A stretch of DNA of 64,000 nt, taken from positions 32,001 to 96,000 of the forward strand of contig JAZSNU010000013.1 of NCBI GenBank assembly GCA_045536565.1. The letters run 5' to 3'. This document shows, piece after piece, positions 20,973-31,013 of the stretch. The first letter of the stretch is position 1. Each line of letters opens with the position of its first letter. A program made the position numbers and the translations under genes. The stretch comes from Clostridia bacterium. GTDB lineage: Bacteria; Bacillota; Clostridia; TANB77; CAG-465. Under the pieces are notes generated by a model. That model was not told where the DNA came from. It was given only the letters and a program-made list of their open reading frames with translations, and did not search any database.

Positions 20973-23900
20973 TTAATCATAATCCGATGATGCTTTTGCA
21001 TCTGTATCATAAAGAATAACTGTACCTTTAATTTGATTATACAACTCATTATTAGATATATGCCATACACCTTTTTCTAGTCCTATTCTTAATGAATTAA
21101 CTGTTTTACCTAAATTTTCTTTTGTAAAACCTAGATATCCTTCATAATCCCATTGAGATGTATTCATATTATTACCATCATAATTATTATTATCTCGTGA
21201 ATAACTAATTACCCTTTTTAAAGTTCCTCCATTATATTCATGAACTTCAATATTGAATTTAACTCCGATATATCCATCTTTTAATGGTGAATCTATATCA
21301 TATTTATCATTATCATCTAACGCGACTGCTATTGTAGAGTTTGGTAATTTATATTCACCATACCAAATCTGAATAAAACCATTATCTGCAATTTGCATCA
21401 TTTGATTTGTTAAAGTAATTTTAGAAGCAGTTCCTAAATATGTAGTTGTCTTTTTAAATGCTGGAGAAGGTTCAAACCTATATCTTTCTTCACTTTCTTC
21501 AAAAGTCAATCTATAACCATCATCTGGAACAAAATACAATTTATAGTTTTCTATCCCTACATATTTATTTTTGCTATCTTTATAGAAAAGTTTTACTCTA
21601 GGTATATAATTACCTTCCTTACTTACATAAAAGAATGATGGTGTTATAACAACATTTTTATTTTTATACTCCCCTGTCGTTTTTAAATCAAAACTAAATC
21701 TATAACCTAATTTCGGCGCTTTAGTATATGCGGCATTAGTATTTTTATATGGTCCTAATGGTAATGTAAATTGTTTCGTTATACCTATTTCTTTTGAATC
21801 CCTATCTAACATTTCATTAGTCTTAGTAGTGTATGTGTTCCATCTATATATTCCAGAATAATATGCTTTATTAGTATGCTTATTAATTACCGCTGATGTA
21901 GAAGTTCTAAATATATTTTTCCAGTCAACATCTTTTAAATCTGTAACTTTAAAATCATACACTCTATTTAGGTTTTCCGTTTTCTCCTTTATCTCTGCAA
22001 CATAATTATTATGTCCTATTATATTTTTTCTATCATAATACACTTGATGAGTCTGCCCATTGTTATCATTGCCTAAAAATTTATTTTCCTCTGTTGTTAC
22101 TGCTATTGCATCATCTATTCTTAATCTACCTATAGAAACATCATATGCTAAAGAAGATGGTGTATTATATGCTATTGCCCTTACTGTATAACTGTTTGTT
22201 TCTTGATTTACTACTCCCACAGCTTCATTAGCATCTGCCAATGCAAATGCGCTTATTTGTACTTTTCCATCCGAATCATATACCCCTGAGTATGAATTAT
22301 ATATTGGCCCAATCCAAGTGCCACTATTAACAACCCCAGTAAAATATCTCCTTCCACTTGAAGCTTGAGCATCTGTGATAATCACATCCTGCACATCAAA
22401 ATTAAAACTAATGTAATACTCTTTTAGATATTTATTAGTATTTAATGATGCATATTCACTATTAGCTGTTGTAGATTGCATCTCTATTGTAAAACGTGAG
22501 TTCTTCTGTATTTGTTTACCAGCAACATTTAAATTTGATGTAGTATGATCTACATACTTGTTATCAGAAGTTTCATTTGCTATAACACTTGTTGAAAATG
22601 ATATAGGAGTAAAGACATTAACAACATCTATATCTTTTGAAGTTTTATTATTTTCTCCATATTCCCATTTTATATCCGCAACCGCTGCTGGCGAAATAGT
22701 TGTTGATGAGCCTCCTACTTTTCCTTCTTTATTTCCCATTTCTGTATCACTAAAAGTAGCCTTTCCATTCGTTCTTGTCCATGAGAAATCATCTTTTTTA
22801 CTTTCTTCTTCTGTAACATCGAAATTCAATTTTGTATTATTAGTAATTAATTTATATTGAATATTTCCAAATGAATATGCCTTTCCATTTAATCTTGTTT
22901 TAGGAATTGTTAAAGCTTGCTCTTCAAAATACTCTTTAGTTGTTACATTACTTGTTGGCATATATTTTGAGCCTTCTGCATTATCACTTGTTCCTCTTAT
23001 AGATTTTGGATATACCGTAGATGTTTTTATAGTATTTGCCGTTGAATGCTTATATCCTTGAATACCTCCAATGCTCTCTAATCCCCTATTTGTTGTTAGA
23101 GAACTAGTATATTTAGACAAATCAATCCTTACTACTGACTTTTCTTCTGTTGCATATTTTTCAGTTTCATAGGCTTGTCTGCTTAGAGTTGTATTATTTT
23201 TATCCTCTCCCATTATATATATTGTTTTATCAGTATTTGGTATTGTATCAACAAAATATATTTGATCGTTCGTAAGCTTTATTTTAGCCACTGCTGACGC
23301 TCCTACTATTGGCTTACCAGCAGTTTTAATTTTTAAATTCTCATCCCCGCAATACTTAGATGCATTTTCTTCTGTAGCCTCAAATCCTTTTATAGTTGCG
23401 GCTAGTGAGTGAGTAGTTATTTTTTCATATATTAGTTCATTTACTTCGCTGTTTGCCATAGAAGTTGGAGTAGTTATATCATCGCCATTTTCATTATAAT
23501 AATACAAATCAATATTAGATAATTTAATAGTGTTTGCTTCTGCTTCTGTATTTTCTGCCGTTCTTCCTAAACTTGTCGTAGTTCCTACTATCATACCTCT
23601 ACATGCCGATTCATTAAATGTTGCATTTGTGAATATATTTTTATATTCTTGTGTAGGATTAATAGTATGTTTTCGTCCATCAAATAATGGTAAGCCTGAA
23701 TTTGAATATCCATCTAATAATTCAATTTTACTAATTGTATATAATCTTAAATTCCTAGCTTTATAATAGGTAACCTCATATGGAATACTAAACCAAAATG
23801 GCATATTTTTCTCATTCCTATCAGCTACTGCCCAACTCCAAGAACTAGACCATGTCCCCCCACATGATTTATATTTAGGTTTGCCTTTATCATCTGTACC

Positions 23901-26105
23901 ATTAGGAACAGATTTACTACATGTGCCCGTCTCTTTATCAGAAGAAGTATGTCCATTACTACAACTTGCAGACCAATTTTTATAATATACTGTATATGGT
24001 TGATAAATTGTATATAATAAATTTATTGTTCCAGTCTTATCCTTTTGTTGCTGTATATTTATAGCACCTAGCATGTATACATATGCATTATCAACTGACA
24101 TTCTTAATTTTTCACCCGATGGTATTACATCGTATATAATATTCCCATCATTGTTACTAACTTTATTATTTATATTCGCACTATAACTATCATCTCCTGA
24201 TAATATTGCTGGATTAGTCTCATCTTTTAATGTATAAAAAGATAATCTTCCTTTTTTTATTCTTTCAATTGGTGGTTCTACATTACTTGAATAATAGAAA
24301 TCTATTACCACAATGTCATTTTCTATTCCAGTCTCAACATATTCCTCTGGTGCATCATACAATTCATCTGATAATCTTTCATCTAATTTGGATTTTGCAT
24401 CCGCCAAATTTGTTCTAGAATAGGTTTTATTAGTACCTATACAAATATAGTTAGAATCAGTATTATCTGCTAATATTCTTAAATCTATATTATTAGCTAC
24501 CATAAATCCTTCTTGATATCCAGTTTGAGTTAGATTTTCTGCTATAGTATCAGATTCTCCAAATGGATAAAATTTAGCTACACCAGTTCCATCTAATATT
24601 TTACCTCTACTTATTGCTTCATTTACATTTTCTAGATTTACTTTTTCATCGTAATCTGTTAAATCTATATGTCTAACATAAACTTTTTTATCTTCTTGTT
24701 TTTCCACAGGTTTCTTTCTATAGAAAAAATCTATTACTACATATTCTCCTTGGTCATACCCTGCTATAAGTTTATTTGTCCACTTATTTCCTTGTATATT
24801 TGTACCTAGATTTTGATTACAATTATTAGTTGCTTCTGTCAAATTATTACCTGTTCCCATTGCAGAGCCTATACATTCATACTCACTATTAATCTTATTA
24901 GACCATGTAGTTGCTTCTCTTATATATTGAACATCCTTTTTAGCAGAACCAGTCTGGCTTGTATAATATGAATGTGTATATTGAACGTTTCCAAATATAT
25001 ATAAACTGTTTGTATCAGTCAGTCTATAATAATCTGTATATCCTGTTTTCGCCTCATCTTCTGCTTTATATTCTTTAAATATTGGTGTACTTCCTCTATA
25101 ATCACTTACTTTAATCGCTTGTCCTATAATTTCAGAAGGATTTAAAGTTCTATTTCCTTCATCTGCCAATCTATGTCTTATATATACATGCTTTTCATCT
25201 GATTCTATTGGTATGTCAAAAGTATTATCATAATAATTTATGAATGAATTAGCCGCTTGTGATTTAACAGAAGCTGTCGTTGGACTACTAGACCAACCCG
25301 AACTATTATTTCCTCTCAAAGTAGTTTCCCAAAATTTATATGCAGTGTCCATATTCATATAATATTTTCCATTACCAGAACCTGTTCTAAGAACAGCAGA
25401 GTTATATATACGAAGCGTCTTGGAAGTTTCCCCCTCAGTAAATTTTTCTTTTATCTGATTTATAGTTTCATCTTCAAGATAGTTGTCTGTTATATATACA
25501 CCATCTACAACTGCATATCTATATGAATTGTTTTTCATTATAACTATATCGCCTATTGATAGTTTTAATATGTCTGATAGTCTCAGGTGATAATTTCTAT
25601 TGTTTCTTTCTGAAGCTTGTGCCTCTTTGGTACTATATATCCCCTGATACAAACCAGTTTCTTCCAAAACATTCCACACAGATGCAACATACTCGTTTTG
25701 AACTTGCGGTTTTGATGTGTAATTTAATGTTTCCGTTAAATAATATCTTTGTACCTGACCAGCTGCTGCTTCAAGGGTATAGTTACTATTTATGTTTTTA
25801 TGAAAATACTCAAAGGCTCTATGATATGTATTCCATTCAAAGTGTTCAGTTTCGTTATTAGCTTCTGTTTCATTTGCATATACCCAACCATCTGCATTCT
25901 TAGTAGCCTTATTATACTTTTCTTTTTCTTCATACGCTGCATCAATTTGTTTTCTATATGAATATCTTGTTTTGCCATTTATATTTTCTATTGGTTGTAA
26001 CTGATAATTAATCTCATAACCTACTACATGATTAAAAGAAGTAATACTAATAAAGAGCAGTATAAAGAAATATATTATATTTATTTTTACTATGTGTTTT
26101 TTCAT
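20973..26105 (-). CDS. Large secreted protein (1710 aa), distal gene of the Tad-like locus; putative adhesin
   Basis: N-terminal signal peptide; Thr/Asn/Tyr-rich beta composition; two internal repeats; translationally linked to the upstream pilus genes. Confidence 0.75.
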   Translation of the reverse strand: MKKHIVKINIIYFFILLFISITSFNHVVGYEINYQLQPIENINGKTRYSYRKQIDAAYEEKEKYNKATKNADGWVYANETEANNETEHFEWNTYHRAFEYFHKNINSNYTLEAAAGQVQRYYLTETLNYTSKPQVQNEYVASVWNVLEETGLYQGIYSTKEAQASERNNRNYHLRLSDILKLSIGDIVIMKNNSYRYAVVDGVYITDNYLEDETINQIKEKFTEGETSKTLRIYNSAVLRTGSGNGKYYMNMDTAYKFWETTLRGNNSSGWSSSPTTASVKSQAANSFINYYDNTFDIPIESDEKHVYIRHRLADEGNRTLNPSEIIGQAIKVSDYRGSTPIFKEYKAEDEAKTGYTDYYRLTDTNSLYIFGNVQYTHSYYTSQTGSAKKDVQYIREATTWSNKINSEYECIGSAMGTGNNLTEATNNCNQNLGTNIQGNKWTNKLIAGYDQGEYVVIDFFYRKKPVEKQEDKKVYVRHIDLTDYDEKVNLENVNEAISRGKILDGTGVAKFYPFGESDTIAENLTQTGYQEGFMVANNIDLRILADNTDSNYICIGTNKTYSRTNLADAKSKLDERLSDELYDAPEEYVETGIENDIVVIDFYYSSNVEPPIERIKKGRLSFYTLKDETNPAILSGDDSYSANINNKVSNNDGNIIYDVIPSGEKLRMSVDNAYVYMLGAINIQQQKDKTGTINLLYTIYQPYTVYYKNWSASCSNGHTSSDKETGTCSKSVPNGTDDKGKPKYKSCGGTWSSSWSWAVADRNEKNMPFWFSIPYEVTYYKARNLRLYTISKIELLDGYSNSGLPLFDGRKHTINPTQEYKNIFTNATFNESACRGMIVGTTTSLGRTAENTEAEANTIKLSNIDLYYYNENGDDITTPTSMANSEVNELIYEKITTHSLAATIKGFEATEENASKYCGDENLKIKTAGKPIVGASAVAKIKLTNDQIYFVDTIPNTDKTIYIMGEDKNNTTLSRQAYETEKYATEEKSVVRIDLSKYTSSLTTNRGLESIGGIQGYKHSTANTIKTSTVYPKSIRGTSDNAEGSKYMPTSNVTTKEYFEEQALTIPKTRLNGKAYSFGNIQYKLITNNTKLNFDVTEEESKKDDFSWTRTNGKATFSDTEMGNKEGKVGGSSTTISPAAVADIKWEYGENNKTSKDIDVVNVFTPISFSTSVIANETSDNKYVDHTTSNLNVAGKQIQKNSRFTIEMQSTTANSEYASLNTNKYLKEYYISFNFDVQDVIITDAQASSGRRYFTGVVNSGTWIGPIYNSYSGVYDSDGKVQISAFALADANEAVGVVNQETNSYTVRAIAYNTPSSLAYDVSIGRLRIDDAIAVTTEENKFLGNDNNGQTHQVYYDRKNIIGHNNYVAEIKEKTENLNRVYDFKVTDLKDVDWKNIFRTSTSAVINKHTNKAYYSGIYRWNTYTTKTNEMLDRDSKEIGITKQFTLPLGPYKNTNAAYTKAPKLGYRFSFDLKTTGEYKNKNVVITPSFFYVSKEGNYIPRVKLFYKDSKNKYVGIENYKLYFVPDDGYRLTFEESEERYRFEPSPAFKKTTTYLGTASKITLTNQMMQIADNGFIQIWYGEYKLPNSTIAVALDDNDKYDIDSPLKDGYIGVKFNIEVHEYNGGTLKRVISYSRDNNNYDGNNMNTSQWDYEGYLGFTKENLGKTVNSLRIGLEKGVWHISNNELYNQIKGTVILYDTDAKASSDYD

Positions 26106-26113
26106 ATTATCTC

Positions 26114-27493
26114 CTATAATTCATTTAATTTGCTTGCCTGTGTGTCATTTACAATTAAATCTATTATTGGTTCCATATCCAAGAATAAAGAATTACTCAT
26201 AAGTGTTGTTCCCATTGGAACATCTACATATATTTCATATTGTTTATTCTTATATGTAACTTCTGTATTTCTTGTCAAATCTGCTAAAAGCAGATTTTTA
26301 TCCGTATCAGAATTTTTAATTTCAAATTCAAGTTTTACTCTTGCTCTATATCTTGTTCCATCTAAATAAAATATTGGAAATTGTACTGTTGCTTTACCTT
26401 CTATTTGTATTTTATTCTCTTTTACATAATCAACATATTTGTTAATCTGCTCAGTATAATCATATCTTGAATATTCATTTATTGAATTAAGGAAAGTCTC
26501 ACCATCAATTGTTTCATAATCAACATTTAAAAGCGCGTTATAATAAAGTTCTGTTCGATATTTCACTTGCGAATAATAATCTTTTCTATATTTATACGTT
26601 TCAGCAGGTGTTTTGTAATCTCTTCCACCCTCATTTATTCCTTTGTATTCATATGTAGCCTTATCCACAGAATATAATATATATGGATATATGTTAGCAT
26701 TTTCAGGTTTGCTTTCTTCTTTCAAAACTAGTGTCTCGTTTTCAGGAGCCACAGTATTATATTTTTCAACAAATGTTATTACTAATTTATTAAATTCACC
26801 CTTGTTTAAATCGTTTGTTAATTTTATTTTTTTATTACTGTTTTCTATAAGACCACTTTGGGCAGCCTCATCAATATATCTTCTTTCATTTAAAGTGTAT
26901 TCTTGCAAATTTTTAAAACTACTTTCTTTTTGACTAGCTATAGGAATTTCTAATAGTTTACTTCTTGCATTTAAGTATACCTCTAAACATTCCAGCATAC
27001 TAACATTGTCGTCATAATTTTCCTTAGATATATAATTTTTATCTATTATTTCAAATGCCATTGCTAAATCTGACCATTCATCTGATTCAAATTCTCCTTT
27101 TGAATTAAACCCTCTACTTTCAACTTCGGTTGCATTATATATCGATGCTATTATTATTTTTACCATTTCTGCTTTAGTAAGCTTTTGTGATGATTTTGCG
27201 CTTTTATTAAAATATAAATCATCATAACCATATAATTCCATTTTTTCTTCATATTTAGCGTATTTTTTATTAATAATAAAATTTCTAATGCCTATATATC
27301 CTAAAGCAATAACAAGAAGAGAAATTAAAGCTAATAGAGTTATATTATATACTTTTTTATGCTTATTATAATGATTTAGTAATCTGTTTTTTCTTTTTTT
27401 GTTTGCTTTTAATTTCGAAGTTCTTTTTTCCTTTTCGTTATTTTTAGTTGTTTCTTTTTTTTCTGGTTGTTTAATAATATTCTTTTTTTCCAT
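26114..27493 (-). CDS. Membrane-anchored protein with degenerate SLH-like repeats
   Basis: Basic N-terminus, one TM, three segments ending LTKAEM / VSMLEC / LNKGEF that recall SLH TRAE motifs. Confidence 0.55.
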   Translation of the reverse strand: MEKKNIIKQPEKKETTKNNEKEKRTSKLKANKKRKNRLLNHYNKHKKVYNITLLALISLLVIALGYIGIRNFIINKKYAKYEEKMELYGYDDLYFNKSAKSSQKLTKAEMVKIIIASIYNATEVESRGFNSKGEFESDEWSDLAMAFEIIDKNYISKENYDDNVSMLECLEVYLNARSKLLEIPIASQKESSFKNLQEYTLNERRYIDEAAQSGLIENSNKKIKLTNDLNKGEFNKLVITFVEKYNTVAPENETLVLKEESKPENANIYPYILYSVDKATYEYKGINEGGRDYKTPAETYKYRKDYYSQVKYRTELYYNALLNVDYETIDGETFLNSINEYSRYDYTEQINKYVDYVKENKIQIEGKATVQFPIFYLDGTRYRARVKLEFEIKNSDTDKNLLLADLTRNTEVTYKNKQYEIYVDVPMGTTLMSNSLFLDMEPIIDLIVNDTQASKLNEL

Positions 27494-27513
27494 ATTTTCT
27501 AATTCCCCCTCTT

Positions 27514-28587
27514 TTATGGATTACAAATAGGACATGGATAATATCCACTTGCCGCAGCATCTACTTTACTTGTAAAATATCCCCTAAATTCTTTATAACA
27601 TCCTATATATATATAACAACTAGTTGAATTATGATAATAATCTAAATTAGCAATACCACTTCTTGCTTTTGATACATAATATTTTTCAGAAGTCTTTAAT
27701 CCTGAAATACCATGACCTACATAATTTAGCTTTTCATTCCCTATATTTATACCTTGTATAAATGAAATTATACCTATATTGCTAACCATATCATCCCAAT
27801 CAGATACCGATATGCTTGGGAATACAAATTCATAATCGGTATCAGAGTATAAATTATGGTTACTAACCGCAAAGGACATTTCATCTGACACTATAGATGA
27901 TATTACCTGTGATCTACTATACTTTAAATGCTCAACAACTTCTGGTATTAGTTCAGGATTACTTGGACATAGTATAGAATTATTTTTTGAATCTTCTAAA
28001 TAAAACCAAGTTATAGCAGAATTATCACCTATAACTCCTATATAATCATCCATGGTAAATATTACCGTTATTGGTTTTACTGAATCATCTAAATCATCAC
28101 TAAATTGTTCAATGGCTTTTATTCCTGTCGTAGTTACCGCATAAGTATATGTAAAATATCTTTTTGGCTTTAAAATATAATCTATATTTTTACCCTCCGA
28201 ATATGTATCCATAGAATATATATATACTCCGTTATAATCTACAATTGCAATAACCGGAATATGACTTTTTATATATTCTTCCGCTGTTTTATCTCCTTTT
28301 ATTTCAAAATTATCAAACAAAGATTCAAAAAATGTATCAACTGCAACATTAGCATTGACCGCTACTTTATTTTCTGATACGCCAGAATAACCATAATCAA
28401 TATCTTGTCCAATATTTTCAACATTTTTCATAGCATATGTAGCATCATCTATGGCAGAATCTATAATGTTTTTATAATATAATGTTGCTTCTTCTTTTTT
28501 TAATAAGAAAGATACATCAACATAAACTACTACTGCTATTGGTATTATTATCGCAATAAATATCATTGCTAAGTCAGTTGTTTTCAT
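27514..28587 (-). CDS. Pilin/TadE-G-like protein with C-terminal Cys4 motif
   Basis: N-terminal hydrophobic helix, IDSAIDDA motif, C-terminal YYH...C...AAASGYYPCPICNP. Confidence 0.6.
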   Translation of the reverse strand: MKTTDLAMIFIAIIIPIAVVVYVDVSFLLKKEEATLYYKNIIDSAIDDATYAMKNVENIGQDIDYGYSGVSENKVAVNANVAVDTFFESLFDNFEIKGDKTAEEYIKSHIPVIAIVDYNGVYIYSMDTYSEGKNIDYILKPKRYFTYTYAVTTTGIKAIEQFSDDLDDSVKPITVIFTMDDYIGVIGDNSAITWFYLEDSKNNSILCPSNPELIPEVVEHLKYSRSQVISSIVSDEMSFAVSNHNLYSDTDYEFVFPSISVSDWDDMVSNIGIISFIQGINIGNEKLNYVGHGISGLKTSEKYYVSKARSGIANLDYYHNSTSCYIYIGCYKEFRGYFTSKVDAAASGYYPCPICNP

Positions 28588-28598
28588 TTTTCCTCCTT

Positions 28599-30998
28599 TT
28601 ACATATCATAAAATTCATATTTTATATAATATGCTTCTATTGTTCTATTAAACAATCCTATTGAGTGAATATCATTATTTCCTATTGAGCTATTTTTTCT
28701 TAATTCTGCCATTGTATATTTTCTATCAGTATAATTGTTATAATTAAAATATATACCGTACAAAGTATTTGTTGCTGGTGTATAAACATCTAAATGCCTT
28801 GGATATCTGGAATTTTCTACATTAATTCCAGGTGTAGTTGAACTACTAACATCCGTTCCTTTAATCCAAAAATCTACTATATGTGCATTTAAAATATGAG
28901 GAATATCTAAATTATATCCTTCGTACCAACCACTTGTTTGTACTTGTGCATTTGTTTCATTCTTAAACACTCCATATTGATAAGCCAAATCTTTGTTACT
29001 ACACTCATCTACAGCGTATTTAAACTTGAATGTATATGTAATATGAGCTGATTGTTTACCTGGCCTAGCTGCATCTTCAATATAATAATCATATGTATAA
29101 GTTTTGCCAGGTTTAATTGCTAAATGAATATCTATAGGCTTTTTTCCACCAATTTCGTTTGCTGAATCATACCATGTAAATTCTTCGGTAGGTGAAGCAG
29201 GAGCAGGATCCACTCTCATACTACCTGTATAATTTCCTAACATTGTATGTGTATAATCAATTGCACCACTTCTAATTACAGTAGAACCACTACTTAAAGT
29301 ATAGTGTAAAACTGGATTAATTGCATTACTTACAACAGAGAGTGGAAGAGATATTTCGAGCATAGATATTCTTCTATCAACATACCAATATCTAGGAGTA
29401 TTATTTATAGGAATATGTACTGCTTCACCACTTGGAAAGTTATTCTTATCTTGTTGAGTAACATGATAATACCACCTCTGATTATATGGTATTGTTCTAT
29501 TTAAATTGAATACAGAATTCATCATATCTGTACCATAACCCCATGTATTATTAGGAACATTCAAAATAACATCAGGCATATTAATAGTAAAGTTAAATGT
29601 TATTTTATCAGATTCTTGACCCCTATCATCTACTGCCCATGCTTTCACATAACAATCACCTATATAAAATGTTTCTGATATATTGGTAGTCATATTTATT
29701 TGACCTGTTCCTGACGCATTTACCTCTCTTGGTATAACCTCTTTTCCATTATTTATTTCGAATTTTATTTTCTTTATTTTTGATATAGCACTATTCGTTT
29801 TTGCTTTTGCAGTAAATTCAAATTCGACATTTCCTGTTGATGTAGTATATTGTCCATTATTATTAATTATTCTATTTGGATTAGATATGTATAAATCTTC
29901 CATAACTGGTTTGGTAGTATTATAGAAAACTATAAATTCTTCCGAATTTATTTGAGCTAACTCACCTGTTCTAGATTGCGCTGAGCCAGGTTTTATTTTA
30001 AGATTAGACCTCATATATGCATTATTCTCAAAATCATAAGTTATCTGTTTTAAAGTTATAAGATACTCAACTGAATATAAGTTATTTGCATCTCTTTTAT
30101 ATGAATTAGCTATTTCATTAACAACTATCTCATTAGCTGTTATGCCTGAAACCTCAACATGATTTTTTACATGATTTGCTCTTTGTTCTGGTGTAGTTAA
30201 TATGTTATCACTTTCTCCTATAAATTCACTTATACCTTTATATGTTAATATAAAATGTATTTCCGATGAATTCCCTATTGCATCTTCAAGCCTTACTGCT
30301 ATTCCATATATTTTTCCGTTTATCTCTCCTGTTATTTCGTCAATACTATCGGCTATTGCTTCGTATGGATAATTTTTATATTGATTGTCTTGTAAATACA
30401 TTGGTTTTGATATAAAAGCATTTGTATTGGCAACTGTTGCATATTCTCCTCTTTCCCAATTATTTTCATATACAATTCCACCATAATTTACTACTATTCT
30501 TTCTTCAGTATTTCCTCCTAATAACCACGTCATTAATACTTGTGCCTGTGTTATATTAGTGTTTTTTACTCTCACATAAAATTTGTATCCTTCATCTAGT
30601 TCATAAAAATTAGTATTTATTATACTTTCAGTGTTTGCAATTATTTCGTTACTATATACTTTTTCTAATATTGCATCTGTATAATCAATTTTATACCTTT
30701 CATCATATACTTTTGAATCTCCCTCTAAAATTCCTTCTTCGATTAGTATTGGCTTATATGCTTCCAATTCTACTTCATAAGTATTGCCTGTTCTATCTAG
30801 TTCAGCTAAATAGCTCTCATACAACTTTTTACTTACATATCCATTATTTCTTACTTCATCTACAAAATTTGTTGTTGCTTCTATTACTATATTATTTGCT
30901 ACACTATCATTTCTCATTGCTATATTATATATAGGGAATAATACTATTATAATAACTGCTAATATTGTTGCTAATAACACACTTATATTGTCTTGCAT
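28599..30998 (-). CDS. Large minor pilin-like protein with Ig-like extension
   Basis: N-terminal pilin-like helix; TNFVDEVRNNGYVS domain paralogous to the N-terminus of 32918-34855; VKAWAVDDRG Ig-like strand. Confidence 0.6.
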   Translation of the reverse strand: MQDNISVLLATILAVIIIVLFPIYNIAMRNDSVANNIVIEATTNFVDEVRNNGYVSKKLYESYLAELDRTGNTYEVELEAYKPILIEEGILEGDSKVYDERYKIDYTDAILEKVYSNEIIANTESIINTNFYELDEGYKFYVRVKNTNITQAQVLMTWLLGGNTEERIVVNYGGIVYENNWERGEYATVANTNAFISKPMYLQDNQYKNYPYEAIADSIDEITGEINGKIYGIAVRLEDAIGNSSEIHFILTYKGISEFIGESDNILTTPEQRANHVKNHVEVSGITANEIVVNEIANSYKRDANNLYSVEYLITLKQITYDFENNAYMRSNLKIKPGSAQSRTGELAQINSEEFIVFYNTTKPVMEDLYISNPNRIINNNGQYTTSTGNVEFEFTAKAKTNSAISKIKKIKFEINNGKEVIPREVNASGTGQINMTTNISETFYIGDCYVKAWAVDDRGQESDKITFNFTINMPDVILNVPNNTWGYGTDMMNSVFNLNRTIPYNQRWYYHVTQQDKNNFPSGEAVHIPINNTPRYWYVDRRISMLEISLPLSVVSNAINPVLHYTLSSGSTVIRSGAIDYTHTMLGNYTGSMRVDPAPASPTEEFTWYDSANEIGGKKPIDIHLAIKPGKTYTYDYYIEDAARPGKQSAHITYTFKFKYAVDECSNKDLAYQYGVFKNETNAQVQTSGWYEGYNLDIPHILNAHIVDFWIKGTDVSSSTTPGINVENSRYPRHLDVYTPATNTLYGIYFNYNNYTDRKYTMAELRKNSSIGNNDIHSIGLFNRTIEAYYIKYEFYDM

Positions 30999-31013
30999 TT
31001 ATTATTCCCTCCT

